Positions 1 to 8,583 of a DNA stretch of 64,000 nucleotides are shown here, piece after piece. Source of the stretch: Omnitrophica bacterium GWA2_41_15 (GTDB lineage Bacteria > Omnitrophota > Gorgyraeia > Gygaellales > UBA12090); the NCBI GenBank assembly GCA_919902675.1, contig CAKKRH010000032.1:1270-65269 (forward strand). Reading direction: 5' to 3'. The translations under genes and the position numbers were made by a program. The notes under the pieces were generated by a model. The model made no database searches, was not told the DNA's origin, and saw only the letters and a program-made list of their open reading frames with translations. Numbering within the stretch: position 1 is the first letter of the stretch; each line of letters starts with the position of its first letter.

Positions 1-1215
1 TAAGCCCACCGTCAGGGTAAGGGCAAACCCCCGGATAGGCCCGGTGCCGAATTGAAATAAAAAGAAGGCCGCGATTAAGGTAGTAACGTTGGAATCAAAG
101 ATCGCGCTAAAGGCCTTAGAGTAACCGTTGGTTATTGCCGCGTAGAGAGATTTGCCTATTTTTAACTCTTCTCTGATACGCTCATTAATCAGCACATTGG
201 CGTCAACCGCCATACCCAAAGTAAGCACTATACCGGCAATGCCGGGCAGGGTAAGAGTAGCCCCGAAATAAGCCATACAAGCCACTATTATCAAAAAATT
301 AAACGCCAGGGCAATGCAGGCGATAAAACCGGAAAACAAATAATAAAACAACATAAAAACAAAAACTAATCCCGTCCCGATAAGGCTGGCCCTGACCCCG
401 CTCTGAATAGAATCAGCTCCCAGAAGCGCTCCGATAGTGCGCTCCTCCTCTATCACCATCGGTGCCGGCAGGGCGCCTGAGCGCAGCACTATTCTTAGGT
501 CATTGGCTTCTTCAGGGCCAAATCCGCCGCCCCGGGTTATCTCGGCTTCACCCGAGTCAATCTTGGAACGAATTACCGGAGCCGAGTGGATTTTACCGTC
601 TAAAACTATAGCCAGCCTCTCATTGATATGCTCACCTGTAAGTCTGGCAAAGACGTCAATTCCTTTATCATTAAACTCCAGTTTTACCGAAGGCAGGCCA
701 TACTGATCCATACCCACCAAGGCGTTATTTACCGCGTCTCCGGTCAAGGAAGCGGTTTTGCTTAAAAGTATGGGCTTGTTATCTTCGTCTTTAAGATAAT
801 CAAAACCTTCGGGGATCTTGCCGGAGGCAGCCTCCTCTAAAACCCCGGGATCATCCTTTATTAATTTAAACTCTAAGAGGGCGGTCCGGCCCACCAATTC
901 TTTGGCCCGCTGGCTGTCGGTAACCCCGGGTAATTGGACCACAATCTGGTCAGAGCTCTGGCGCTGAATAAACGGCTCAGCCACTCCAAACTGGTCAACG
1001 CGGCTCCTGATAATCTCAACTGCCCGCTCTACGGCATCATTCTTATCAGCTTCCTTCAACTTGGAGGTATCCACCCTTAAAATAAGATGCATACCGCCGC
1101 TCAAATCCAAGCCTAGCTTTATCTTCTTATTTAAGGGAAAAGAGAGCCAAACCGAAAAACCCAACAATCCCAGGATAAAAAGAATTTTATATTTCAAATT
1201 TTTATTTGATGTCAT
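1..1215 (-). CDS. secD: Protein translocase subunit SecD (C-terminal end runs off window)
   Basis: Absent from the ORF track because it is open at the window edge. Minus-strand translation from ATG (1213-1215) reads MTSNKNLKYKILFILGLLGFSVWLSFPLNKKIKLGLDLSGGMHLILRVD... and continues to ...LTLPGIAGIVLTLGMAVDANVLINERIREE... with 405 codons in frame to position 1. It lies directly downstream of yajC. Confidence 0.85.
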   Translation of the reverse strand, partial: MTSNKNLKYKILFILGLLGFSVWLSFPLNKKIKLGLDLSGGMHLILRVDTSKLKEADKNDAVERAVEIIRSRVDQFGVAEPFIQRQSSDQIVVQLPGVTDSQRAKELVGRTALLEFKLIKDDPGVLEEAASGKIPEGFDYLKDEDNKPILLSKTASLTGDAVNNALVGMDQYGLPSVKLEFNDKGIDVFARLTGEHINERLAIVLDGKIHSAPVIRSKIDSGEAEITRGGGFGPEEANDLRIVLRSGALPAPMVIEEERTIGALLGADSIQSGVRASLIGTGLVFVFMLFYYLFSGFIACIALAFNFLIIVACMAYFGATLTLPGIAGIVLTLGMAVDANVLINERIREELKIGKSLYAAITNGYSKAFSAIFDSNVTTLIAAFFLFQFGTGPIRGFALTLTVGL

Positions 1216-1226
1216 GCAACACTCCT

Positions 1227-1505
1227 TTAAGCAATCTTTTCCACCCGCGTAATCGCGTCCTTATCCACTTCTATCTTAACATTATCGTCAACGCGCAAGG
1301 TAGCCGTTCTCTCTTTAACATTCAAGACTACCGCGTGTATCCCGCCGCTGGTTACCACCTCATCGTTCTTTTTGATATTTTTGAGCATATTCAAACGCTC
1401 TTTTTCTTTCTTCTGCTGAGGCCTGATCAGCATAAAATAAAAAATTATAAACACTAATAGTAACGGAAACATCTGTAACATCGGATTCACTGTCTGGGGC
1501 TGCAT
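1227..1505 (-). CDS. yajC: Preprotein translocase subunit YajC
   Basis: 92 aa with a single N-terminal TM (FPLLLVFIIFYFMLIRPQQKK) and a C-terminal VVTSGGIHAVV..V motif typical of YajC. It sits upstream of secD. Confidence 0.85.
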   Translation of the reverse strand: MQPQTVNPMLQMFPLLLVFIIFYFMLIRPQQKKEKERLNMLKNIKKNDEVVTSGGIHAVVLNVKERTATLRVDDNVKIEVDKDAITRVEKIA

Positions 1506-1526
1506 CTTAATCTCCTTTTCTTAAAG

Positions 1527-1575
1527 CCTTCAGCTATCAGCTATCGGCTGTCAGCTGAAAGCTGATAGCTGAAGG
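1527..1575. repeat. Hairpin with 15-bp perfect stem built from CAGCTAT/AGCTGA words, between rpsP and yajC
   Basis: ccttcagctatcagc (1527-1541) is the exact reverse complement of gctgatagctgaagg (1561-1575). The loop contains cagctg, and no T-run follows on either strand. Confidence 0.85.
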
Positions 1576-1593
1576 CTGATAGCTGTCAGTTGC

Positions 1594-1839
1594 TTATTTT
1601 CCCGCTTTTTTGATTAGGCTTTGTATGGTCTGGGATACCACCGCGCCTTTAGATTTCCAGTAATCAAAGCGCTCTCTTTTAATCTTGAAATTATCCTCTT
1701 TCTTAACCGGGTCATAACTGCCTAACTCCTCAATTATGGCGCCATCACGGCTTTTAGAATCATCTATCGCCGCGATCCTAAAATAAAATCTTTTCTTCCC
1801 GCCTTTACCGACTTTACGCATCCTAATTCCAACTGCCAT
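1594..1839 (-). CDS. rpsP: 30S ribosomal protein S16
   Basis: 81 aa, MAVGIRMRKVGKGGKKRFYFRIAAIDDSKSRDG..ELGSYDP, a typical S16 signature. Confidence 0.92.
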   Translation of the reverse strand: MAVGIRMRKVGKGGKKRFYFRIAAIDDSKSRDGAIIEELGSYDPVKKEDNFKIKRERFDYWKSKGAVVSQTIQSLIKKAGK

Positions 1840-1905
1840 CTCTTCCTCCCTTTGGTCGTCAGAGATTACAGATAACAGAGTACAAATTACAGTAGAAGAT
1901 AATTT

Positions 1906-1961
1906 TTCTCTGTTCTCTGTTTTCTGTTTTCTGTTCTCTGTTCTCTGTTTTCTGTTTTCGC
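1906..1961. repeat. Heptamer tandem array (TTCTCTG/TTTTCTG, about 8 units, 28-bp higher-order period)
   Basis: The sequence reads ttctctg ttctctg ttttctg ttttctg, repeated twice. It is flanked by the inverted pair cagataacagag (1871-1882) and ctctgttatctg (1961-1972). Confidence 0.85.
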
Positions 1962-1990
1962 TCTGTTATCTGTGAACTGTCAACTGTGAA

Positions 1991-3481
1991 CTAACCTATT
2001 GCCTCTAGCTGGGCCTTGGCTTTATTCAAGGTTTCCTGATATTCTCTTTGGGCTTTTGAATCTGCCACGATTCCGGCCCCGGCCTGGATATAAGCCGTAT
2101 CCTTATTAACCAGGATAGTGCGAATGGTAATACAGGTATCCAAATTTCCGGAAAAATCAAAATACCCCACTGCCCCGGCATAAGGGCCGCGGCGGTGATT
2201 CTCCAACTCGTCAATAATCTCCATTGCCCGGATTTTGGGACTGCCGCTGACCGTGCCGGCGGGAAAACAGGCCCTTAAAACATCATAGCTATCCATACTG
2301 TTTTTAAGCCTTCCCCGGACTTCACTGACTATATGCATAACATGGGAATATCTTTCAATACGCGTAAACTCGGTTATCTCAACCGAACCAAATCTACAAA
2401 CCCGGCCCAGGTCATTCCTGCCTAAATCAACCAACATTATATGCTCAGCCTTTTCCTTGGGATTATTCAGCAATTTCTTCTCTATCCGCCGGTCTTCTTC
2501 TTCAGTTTCACCGCGCGGCGAAGTTCCGGCTATAGGCCGGGTAGTAACCACGCCCTCTTCACAGCGCACCAGCATCTCCGGAGAAGAACCGGCCAAATGC
2601 AAGTCTTTAAACCTAAGATAAAACATATATGCCGAAGGATTGAGGCCGCGCAGTTTACGATAAATACCAAACGGACTCTGAACGGTTTTAGCGGATAAGA
2701 CCTGAGAAAGCACAACCTGGATTATATCACCGGAGCGGATATAATCCTTAGCCTTATTTACCATACCGGTAAAATCTTCTTTAGTAATAGCGAATTTTAT
2801 TTCTGCCCTGCGCCTATCCTTAGCCTCAGCCTTAACCTTAGCCTTCTCAATATTCGCGCCTAACTTAACCGCTATGGTTTCTATTTTTTTTAAAGCTTCC
2901 CGGTAAGCCTTAAGCGCGGTATTTTTTGAATTATTTTTAAGAAAGGCGCAGGAAACAATCTTAAGCTTACGGCTAAAATGATCAAACACAATCAGGGTAT
3001 CGCTGAGCATAAACAGGGCATCAGGAAAGCCCTTGTCGTCTAAATTCTTATCCGGGATATCCTCAAAAAAACGGATCATTCCGTAACCGAAATATCCCAC
3101 CAGGCCGCCGCAAAATCTTAAGCTTTTACAAGCGCCGCTCAAGCGGTATTTAGACATAAATTTCTTTAATTCCAAGAGCGGATCACCAAGATGAATAGTT
3201 TGAGTCAGCCCAAAACCGCCCGTGAAGTCAGCCTCGAATATCTCTAAAACCCTTCCTCCGATCTTCAACAGTGCCTGGGGCCGGCATCCGATAAAAGAAT
3301 ACCGGGCAATCTTCTCCTGGCCCTCCACGGATTCCAGAAGATATCCATAATCGCTTTCCCCACACACCTTCAAAAAAGCGGAAACCGGCGTCTCCAAATC
3401 CCCGTCTATCTCCCGATACACCGGTATCAGGTTGCCCTTTTTGGCAAATTTCAGAAAATCTTCTTTTGATGGAAAAAACAT
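1991..3481 (-). CDS. trpE: Anthranilate synthase component I (chorismate-binding enzyme)
   Basis: 496 aa with LVDLGRNDLGRV and GAGIVADS motifs, and an N-terminal IPVYREI..D.ETPVSAF region typical of TrpE. PabB cannot be fully excluded. Confidence 0.8.
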   Translation of the reverse strand: MFFPSKEDFLKFAKKGNLIPVYREIDGDLETPVSAFLKVCGESDYGYLLESVEGQEKIARYSFIGCRPQALLKIGGRVLEIFEADFTGGFGLTQTIHLGDPLLELKKFMSKYRLSGACKSLRFCGGLVGYFGYGMIRFFEDIPDKNLDDKGFPDALFMLSDTLIVFDHFSRKLKIVSCAFLKNNSKNTALKAYREALKKIETIAVKLGANIEKAKVKAEAKDRRRAEIKFAITKEDFTGMVNKAKDYIRSGDIIQVVLSQVLSAKTVQSPFGIYRKLRGLNPSAYMFYLRFKDLHLAGSSPEMLVRCEEGVVTTRPIAGTSPRGETEEEDRRIEKKLLNNPKEKAEHIMLVDLGRNDLGRVCRFGSVEITEFTRIERYSHVMHIVSEVRGRLKNSMDSYDVLRACFPAGTVSGSPKIRAMEIIDELENHRRGPYAGAVGYFDFSGNLDTCITIRTILVNKDTAYIQAGAGIVADSKAQREYQETLNKAKAQLEAIG

Positions 3482-3488
3482 CCGCCTC

Positions 3489-3812
3489 CTACACGCTGCG
3501 GTAAAAACAAGACCTGTTTCCGGTATGACACGCCGCGCCCACCTGCCTCACCTTAATCAAAATGGCGTCAGCGTCACAATCGTAACTTAAGTCTTTAACA
3601 AACTGATAATGCCCCGAGGTTTCGCCTTTTACCCAGTATTCCCGGCGCGAACGCGACCAAAAACAGGTTTTTTTAAGCTTAATCGTCCTCTTTAAAGACT
3701 CCGCGTTCATATATGCCAGCATTAAAACTTCGTTGGTTTTATAATCTTGAATTATTGCCGGAATAAGCCCATTTTTATCATATTTAAAACCGATTGACTT
3801 TAAATTTATCAT
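3489..3812 (-). CDS. hisI: Phosphoribosyl-AMP cyclohydrolase
   Basis: 107 aa containing PAIIQD...[17 protein letters not shown]...[21 protein letters not shown]. It has the cyclohydrolase domain only, with no HisE part. Confidence 0.9.
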   Translation of the reverse strand: MINLKSIGFKYDKNGLIPAIIQDYKTNEVLMLAYMNAESLKRTIKLKKTCFWSRSRREYWVKGETSGHYQFVKDLSYDCDADAILIKVRQVGAACHTGNRSCFYRSV

Positions 3813-4609
3813 CGCGCCGAAACTCCTTTTTTCCTTAAATAGCTTTTAACTTCTTTAATCGTCAGATCCTGATAGTGAAACAAAGACGCGGCCAGAGCCG
3901 CGTCCGCCATGCCTTCAGTCAAAACAGCGTAAAAATCTTCTTTTTTTCCGGCTCCTCCTGAAGCAATCACCGGAATACGGACCGCTCCGGTTATGGCTTT
4001 GGTCAAATCCAGGTCATAACCTTTCTTGGTGCCGTCAAAATCCATACTGGTTAACAGAATTTCACCCGCCCCGAGTTTTTCCGCTTTTTTCGCCCATTCA
4101 AACGCGTCTAACCCCGCGGCTGTTCTGCCGCCGTTGATATATACAGTCCACGGTCCACAGTCCACAGTCGACAGTCCTTTTCTGCGGACTATGGACCGTG
4201 GACTGTGGGCTAATTTCGCGTCAATTGCCACCACAATGCACTGGCTTCCGAACTTTAATGAGGCATCCCTAATCAGTTTAGGGTTTTTTACCGCGGCGGT
4301 ATTTATGGAAACCTTATCCGCTCCGGCATTAAGCAAATCCCTTATATCCCTCAAGCTGCTTATGCCGCCTCCCACCGTAAGTGGCATAAAGACATTTTCG
4401 GCAGTGCGCCTGACCACGTCTAAGATGATCTTTCTTTTTTCGGAACTGGCGGTAATATCCAGAAAAACCAGCTCATCCGCCCCTTCTTTCTCATATCTTT
4501 TGGCCGTCTCAACAGGATCACCGGCGTCTTTCAAGTTTAGAAAATTAACCCCTTTGACCACCCTGGCGTCCTTAACATCAAGGCAGGGGATAATTCTTTT
4601 GGTAAGCAT
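3809..4609 (-). CDS. hisF: Imidazole glycerol phosphate synthase cyclase subunit
   Basis: 266 aa: [18 protein letters not shown]...[13 protein letters not shown]...ASGGAG. It overlaps hisI by 4 nt. Confidence 0.92.
   Translation of the reverse strand: MLTKRIIPCLDVKDARVVKGVNFLNLKDAGDPVETAKRYEKEGADELVFLDITASSEKRKIILDVVRRTAENVFMPLTVGGGISSLRDIRDLLNAGADKVSINTAAVKNPKLIRDASLKFGSQCIVVAIDAKLAHSPRSIVRRKGLSTVDCGPWTVYINGGRTAAGLDAFEWAKKAEKLGAGEILLTSMDFDGTKKGYDLDLTKAITGAVRIPVIASGGAGKKEDFYAVLTEGMADAALAASLFHYQDLTIKEVKSYLRKKGVSAR
4144..4205. repeat. Imperfect inverted repeat of GTCCACA-type words inside the hisF CDS (in frame)
   Basis: cagtccacggtccacagtcc (4144-4163) pairs 19/20 with ggactatggaccgtggactg (4186-4205). 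It encodes ..[23 protein letters not shown].. in the variable segment after AIDAK. Confidence 0.8.
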
Positions 4610-4612
4610 TCC

Positions 4613-5167
4613 TTATTTTACCTTACGGTGCAGATAGATCCTTAGCTTCTCCCAAGTCGCCTTATCGATCTTGCCGGTAATTTCCAGGCCATTATCCTTC
4701 TGGAAATCACGGATTGCTTTTCTACTGCGGCTGCCCATCAGCCCATCAATGGCTCCGGGGTCATATCCTGCGTTCTGCAGGGCAATCTGAATCTGCTTAA
4801 TTGAGGAATTGGGAGTAGGCTTGTATTTTCCGGTTAAGACATCCAGGCGCTCAGCCAATTTTGCCCTCTCCTTGGCCTCTTTATCCAAAGCCTCCTGCAA
4901 GGAAGAGACCAAGCGCTCTTTTTCCTTAAGTTCAGCCTGGATTTTTTCATCAACTGATTTATCATTGAGTGACCTTTCTAAAGACGCGATCTGTTCATCT
5001 TTTTGCTTGGCCTGGGTAGAAAGTGAACTCATCTGCCGGCGTAAATCCTGAATTTCCTCATCCAGCTCTCTGCGAGAAACCGTAGCACAGCCAGCCAGCA
5101 ACAAAACCGCTTGAATTAATAACATAGTTTTATTTATCCGCATGTTTTTTTTCCTCCTTATTTTCAA
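4613..5167 (-). CDS. Coiled-coil lipoprotein with C-terminal peptidoglycan-binding (PG_binding_1-like) domain
   Basis: Lipobox LLLAGC after a signal peptide, then a charged coiled-coil middle. The C-terminus reads IQIALQNAGYDPGAIDGLMGSRSRKAIRDFQKDNGLEITGKIDKATWEKL. The gene is embedded between hisA and hisF, overlapping hisA by 4 nt. Confidence 0.7.
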   Translation of the reverse strand: MKIRRKKNMRINKTMLLIQAVLLLAGCATVSRRELDEEIQDLRRQMSSLSTQAKQKDEQIASLERSLNDKSVDEKIQAELKEKERLVSSLQEALDKEAKERAKLAERLDVLTGKYKPTPNSSIKQIQIALQNAGYDPGAIDGLMGSRSRKAIRDFQKDNGLEITGKIDKATWEKLRIYLHRKVK

Positions 5168-5886
5168 TTCTTAGTTAAAGCTACTGCCTCTTTCAGAGAA
5201 AATCTTTTTTCATACAAGGCCTTTCCCACAATTACCCCTTTAAGATTCAGACAATCCAGGCTTGCTAATTTTTTTATATCAGCCAGGGAAGAAACCCCGC
5301 CGGAGATAATAAAATCTATTCCTGACGAGCGCAAAACATTTTTTATCGCCGGGAGATTTATTCCGGAAAGGGTCCCGTCGCGGCTGATATCGGTATAGAT
5401 TACGGTCTTTAAATTAAGATTTTCCAGGCTTTTCAAATAATTTTTAAGGCTTATTTTAGCGGTCTTCCTCCAGCCGCGTAAACCCAGCTTCTGGCCAGAG
5501 GCATCCAAGCCTAAGGCGATTTTTTGGCCGAATTCCTCTATTGCCCGGCCTAAAAAATCAATGTCCTCAATCGCCCTGGTGCCCAGGATTACCCTCTTGA
5601 CACCACAATCAATTACTTTCTGAATGGCTGATAAATCCCTTATCCCGCCGCCTGCCTCAGCCGGGATATTGATTTTCTTTATAATCTTTTTGATGACCTT
5701 AAGGTTTTTCTGCCGGCCACAAATAGCTCCGTCTAAATCCACCAGATGCAAAAATTTCGCCCCCTGATCCTGCCAATCCAAGGCCACGCTCACCGGGTCA
5801 GAAGAATAAACCTTCTTATTTAGCCTGCCTTTGGTGTATCTGACCACCCGGCCTTCTTTTAAGTCAATCGCGGGAATGATAATCAT
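5164..5886 (-). CDS. hisA: ProFAR isomerase
   Basis: 240 aa: MIIIPAIDLKEGRVVR...HLVDLDGA...GGGIR...ISGGVSS. Confidence 0.9.
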   Translation of the reverse strand: MIIIPAIDLKEGRVVRYTKGRLNKKVYSSDPVSVALDWQDQGAKFLHLVDLDGAICGRQKNLKVIKKIIKKINIPAEAGGGIRDLSAIQKVIDCGVKRVILGTRAIEDIDFLGRAIEEFGQKIALGLDASGQKLGLRGWRKTAKISLKNYLKSLENLNLKTVIYTDISRDGTLSGINLPAIKNVLRSSGIDFIISGGVSSLADIKKLASLDCLNLKGVIVGKALYEKRFSLKEAVALTKN

Positions 5887-5916
5887 GCCACGTTAGGTTA
5901 GACATATTTTAAGAAA

Positions 5917-5962
5917 CTCTAAACACTAAACCATAAATCCTAAACAAACCCAAAAGCTAAAA
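5917..5962. repeat. CTCTAAACACTAAAC...AAACCCAAAA word element (copy 1)
   Basis: ctctaaacactaaac at 5917-5931 is identical to 8471-8485, and both are followed by ..taaacaaacccaaaa. Confidence 0.75.
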
Positions 5963-6589
5963 TCATTTCAATTCAACAAAGTTCTTTAACAGCCTAAGTC
6001 CTAAGTTCTGGCTTTTTTCCGGATGGAATTGACAGGCAAAGAGGTTATCCTTGCGTATTGCCGAGGCAAACTCCAGGCCGTAATCCGTAACCGCGGCAAT
6101 GATATTTTTATCTTCAGGATCAGCGTAATAAGAATGACAAAAATAAAAAAAAGAGTTGTCTGGGATATTTTTTAATATGCCGCGTTCCTTTGTTTTTCCT
6201 TTCGCGTTTTGCCTTTTGACTTTTATTTGGTTCCAGCCCATATGGGGTACCTTGAGCCTATCCGGAAAACGCCGGACCGTTCCTTTAAACACGCCCAGGC
6301 CGCGGGCACTGCCGCCTTCTTCACTTCGCTCAAAAAGAAGCTGTAGTCCCAAACATATCCCCAAAAACGGTTTTTTAAAAATATTTTCGTGTATAGTTTT
6401 AATCAAGTTTAATCTTTTGAGTTCTCGCATCGCCTCTTTTATCGCCCCTACCCCGGGTAAAACAATCTTATCCGCTCCCCGGATTATTCCGGCATCAGAG
6501 CTCACCCTGACCTCATTAGCGCCGGCTGACTCCAGGGCTTTAGCCACACTCCTTAAATTCCCCATACCGTAATCAATGACCGCGATCAT
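5963..6589 (-). CDS. hisH: Imidazole glycerol phosphate synthase glutaminase subunit
   Basis: 208 aa: MIAVIDYGMGNLRSV...LPGVGA...GICLGLQLL...HMGWN...FHPEKS. Confidence 0.9.
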   Translation of the reverse strand: MIAVIDYGMGNLRSVAKALESAGANEVRVSSDAGIIRGADKIVLPGVGAIKEAMRELKRLNLIKTIHENIFKKPFLGICLGLQLLFERSEEGGSARGLGVFKGTVRRFPDRLKVPHMGWNQIKVKRQNAKGKTKERGILKNIPDNSFFYFCHSYYADPEDKNIIAAVTDYGLEFASAIRKDNLFACQFHPEKSQNLGLRLLKNFVELK

Positions 6590-7185
6590 AAACTTCCCTT
6601 AGTAGATAATATTCCTTTTATCCGCGGGTCAATGCTCACTGCCTCCCTTAAAGCCCTGGCCAGGGCCTTAAAAACCGCCTCAATGATATGGTGTAAATCC
6701 TCACCTGAAATTATCTCAATATGCAAGGTTAGGCCCGCGTTAACCGCCAAAGCCCGCAAAAACTGTTTTAAATAATTTAGGCTGTATTCTTTACTATGGA
6801 CTATGGACTGTGGACTGTGGACTGTAAGCTTTGAGTACGGCCTACCGCTCAAATCCAGGCTTACCTCAACCAGGGCCTCATCAATGGGCACCGAGGCAAA
6901 ACCAAAACGGCGAATACCCTGTTTATCCGCCAAGGCTTTTTTTATGGCTAGACCCAAAACTATTCCCACATCTTCGTTGGTATGATGAATATCCACATCC
7001 AGATCACCCCGGGCTTTAAGCGTTAAATCAAACAAGCCGTGCCTGGCGAAAAGATTAAGCATATGGTTTAAGAAGCCTATCGGGGTGTGGATACTAAAAC
7101 TGCCTCTGCCGTCTAAATTTATCTTGAGGCTAATCCTGGTTTCCGTTGTCTTCCTCTCAATTACGGCTTTTCTTTTATTATTCAT
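6586..7185 (-). CDS. hisB: Imidazoleglycerol-phosphate dehydratase
   Basis: 199 aa: RKTTETRISLKINLDG...GDLDVDIHHTNEDVGIVLG...GEDLHHIIEAVFKALARAL. Confidence 0.9.
   Translation of the reverse strand: MNNKRKAVIERKTTETRISLKINLDGRGSFSIHTPIGFLNHMLNLFARHGLFDLTLKARGDLDVDIHHTNEDVGIVLGLAIKKALADKQGIRRFGFASVPIDEALVEVSLDLSGRPYSKLTVHSPQSIVHSKEYSLNYLKQFLRALAVNAGLTLHIEIISGEDLHHIIEAVFKALARALREAVSIDPRIKGILSTKGSL
6795..6825. repeat. Heptamer array (TATGGAC x2, TGTGGAC x2, TGT) inside the hisB CDS (in frame)
   Basis: Read directly from the sequence. It encodes TVHSPQSIVHS and uses the same word (GTCCACA/TGTGGAC) as the hisF element. Confidence 0.85.
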
Positions 7186-7220
7186 AAGTAAAATTTTTGC
7201 GTCTTTGCGGTTCTGCGGTT

Positions 7221-8441
7221 TTATTCAAACCTCGCCTGGACTGACTCCAGGTGTTTGTCTAATCCCTCGATACCGGCTATTTTTTCTAAAGGAGCTCGCG
7301 CGTTCTCCAGGGCTTTCTTAGAATAGCTGATGATATGGCTGGATTTAATGAAATCCGCCAAAGAGAGTCCGGAAAAAAACCTGGCTGTCCCGCCGGTGGG
7401 CAGGACATGGCTGGGCCCGGCAATATAATCCCCGATAGCTACCGGGCTATACTGGCCCAAGAATACCGCCCCGGCATTTCTTATTTTTTTAACAATCTTA
7501 CGGGGATTTTTAATCAATATCTCTAAGTGTTCAGGGGCTATCCTGTTAGCCACCTCAATAGCCTGCTCAAGATTTTTAACTAAAACCGCGTAGCCTGAAT
7601 TTATCTCCTGCCTGAAATATTTAGCTTGAGCCTTGGAGGTGGTAATCAAGACCGCCAGGCCGCCGCGATGCTCACCCTGGGCTAAAAGGTCAGCTTTAAC
7701 ATAAGAATTGTGGCTGTGGCGGTTGGCAATCACCACCAATTCCGTAGGCCCGGCCAGCATATCAATATCCACATAACCGTAAAGCTGGCGCTTGGCCTCG
7801 GTAACATAGGCATTGCCGGGCCCGACAATTTTATCTACCCGGCTAACCGTCTTTGTTCCAAAGGCCAGGGCGGAAATTGCCTGAGCTCCGCCTATCTTAT
7901 AAATTTCATCCACCTTAAGCAGGTCAGCCGCTGCCAGGATGTGAGGATTGATATTTCCGCTTTTATCCGGAGGCGTGGCCAAGGATATCCTTTTTACCCC
8001 GGCAATCTTAGCCGGCAAAACCGTCATATACACGGTAGAGACTAACGGGGCCTGTCCTCCCGGAACATATACGCCCACGGATTCAATAGGGCTAAACTGC
8101 TCACCCAAAAACACCCCGTCTTTATTTTTGATATTCCAATCCTTTTTTATCTGCCTTTTATAGAAATTAGACACATTCTCAATTATCTGCTTAAGGCTGG
8201 AAACGAAATCCGGACTGATATTCTGATAAGCCCCGCTGATTTCCGCCTGGGAAGAGCGGATCTGCTTTGGTAGGAGCTTAACCTTATCGTATTTTTTGGT
8301 ATAGCGTGTTAAGGCTTCGTCTCCGTATAAACGCACATCTTCAACAATCCTGGCTACCCGGGAAATAACCTTAGGCTTGCGGCAGAATGAGCGGTTATAA
8401 ATCTTATCTAATTCTTTTGAACCGTATTTTATGATCTTCAT
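7221..8441 (-). CDS. hisD: Histidinol dehydrogenase
   Basis: 406 aa: ...GVYVPGG.APL.STVYMTVLPAKIAGV...GPGNAYV..AK...DMLAGPTE...QGEH..., a typical HisD pattern. Confidence 0.9.
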   Translation of the reverse strand: MKIIKYGSKELDKIYNRSFCRKPKVISRVARIVEDVRLYGDEALTRYTKKYDKVKLLPKQIRSSQAEISGAYQNISPDFVSSLKQIIENVSNFYKRQIKKDWNIKNKDGVFLGEQFSPIESVGVYVPGGQAPLVSTVYMTVLPAKIAGVKRISLATPPDKSGNINPHILAAADLLKVDEIYKIGGAQAISALAFGTKTVSRVDKIVGPGNAYVTEAKRQLYGYVDIDMLAGPTELVVIANRHSHNSYVKADLLAQGEHRGGLAVLITTSKAQAKYFRQEINSGYAVLVKNLEQAIEVANRIAPEHLEILIKNPRKIVKKIRNAGAVFLGQYSPVAIGDYIAGPSHVLPTGGTARFFSGLSLADFIKSSHIISYSKKALENARAPLEKIAGIEGLDKHLESVQARFE

Positions 8442-8470
8442 CTAAGTTGGGTTAAATACCTTTTGTGAAG

Positions 8471-8562
8471 CTCTAAACACTAAACAAACCCAAAAACTAA
8501 AACCCAAAACATCTATTTTTGAGTTTTGTATTTATGGTTTTGAGTTTGTTTAGAATTTAGGG
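8471..8562. repeat. Long imperfect hairpin of CTAAAC/CCAAAA words (copy 2 of the 5917 family)
   Basis: Left arm ctctaaacactaaacaaacccaaaaactaaaacccaaaac, right arm gagttttgtatttatggttttgagtttgtttagaatttaggg, partially complementary. Located between alaS and hisD. Confidence 0.7.
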
Positions 8563-8583
8563 TTTCGGATTTAAGGTTTATGA

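Noticed and set aside
4026-4637. 203-aa plus-strand ORF antisense to hisF, together with similar long antisense ORFs at 6156-6572, 32215-32691, 32975-33535, 41308-42024, 47392-48072 and 56983-57504
   Set aside because: Each lies fully inside a well-supported minus-strand gene. Their compositions are low-complexity and Ser/Pro/Leu-rich, with no motifs. They are typical shadow ORFs.
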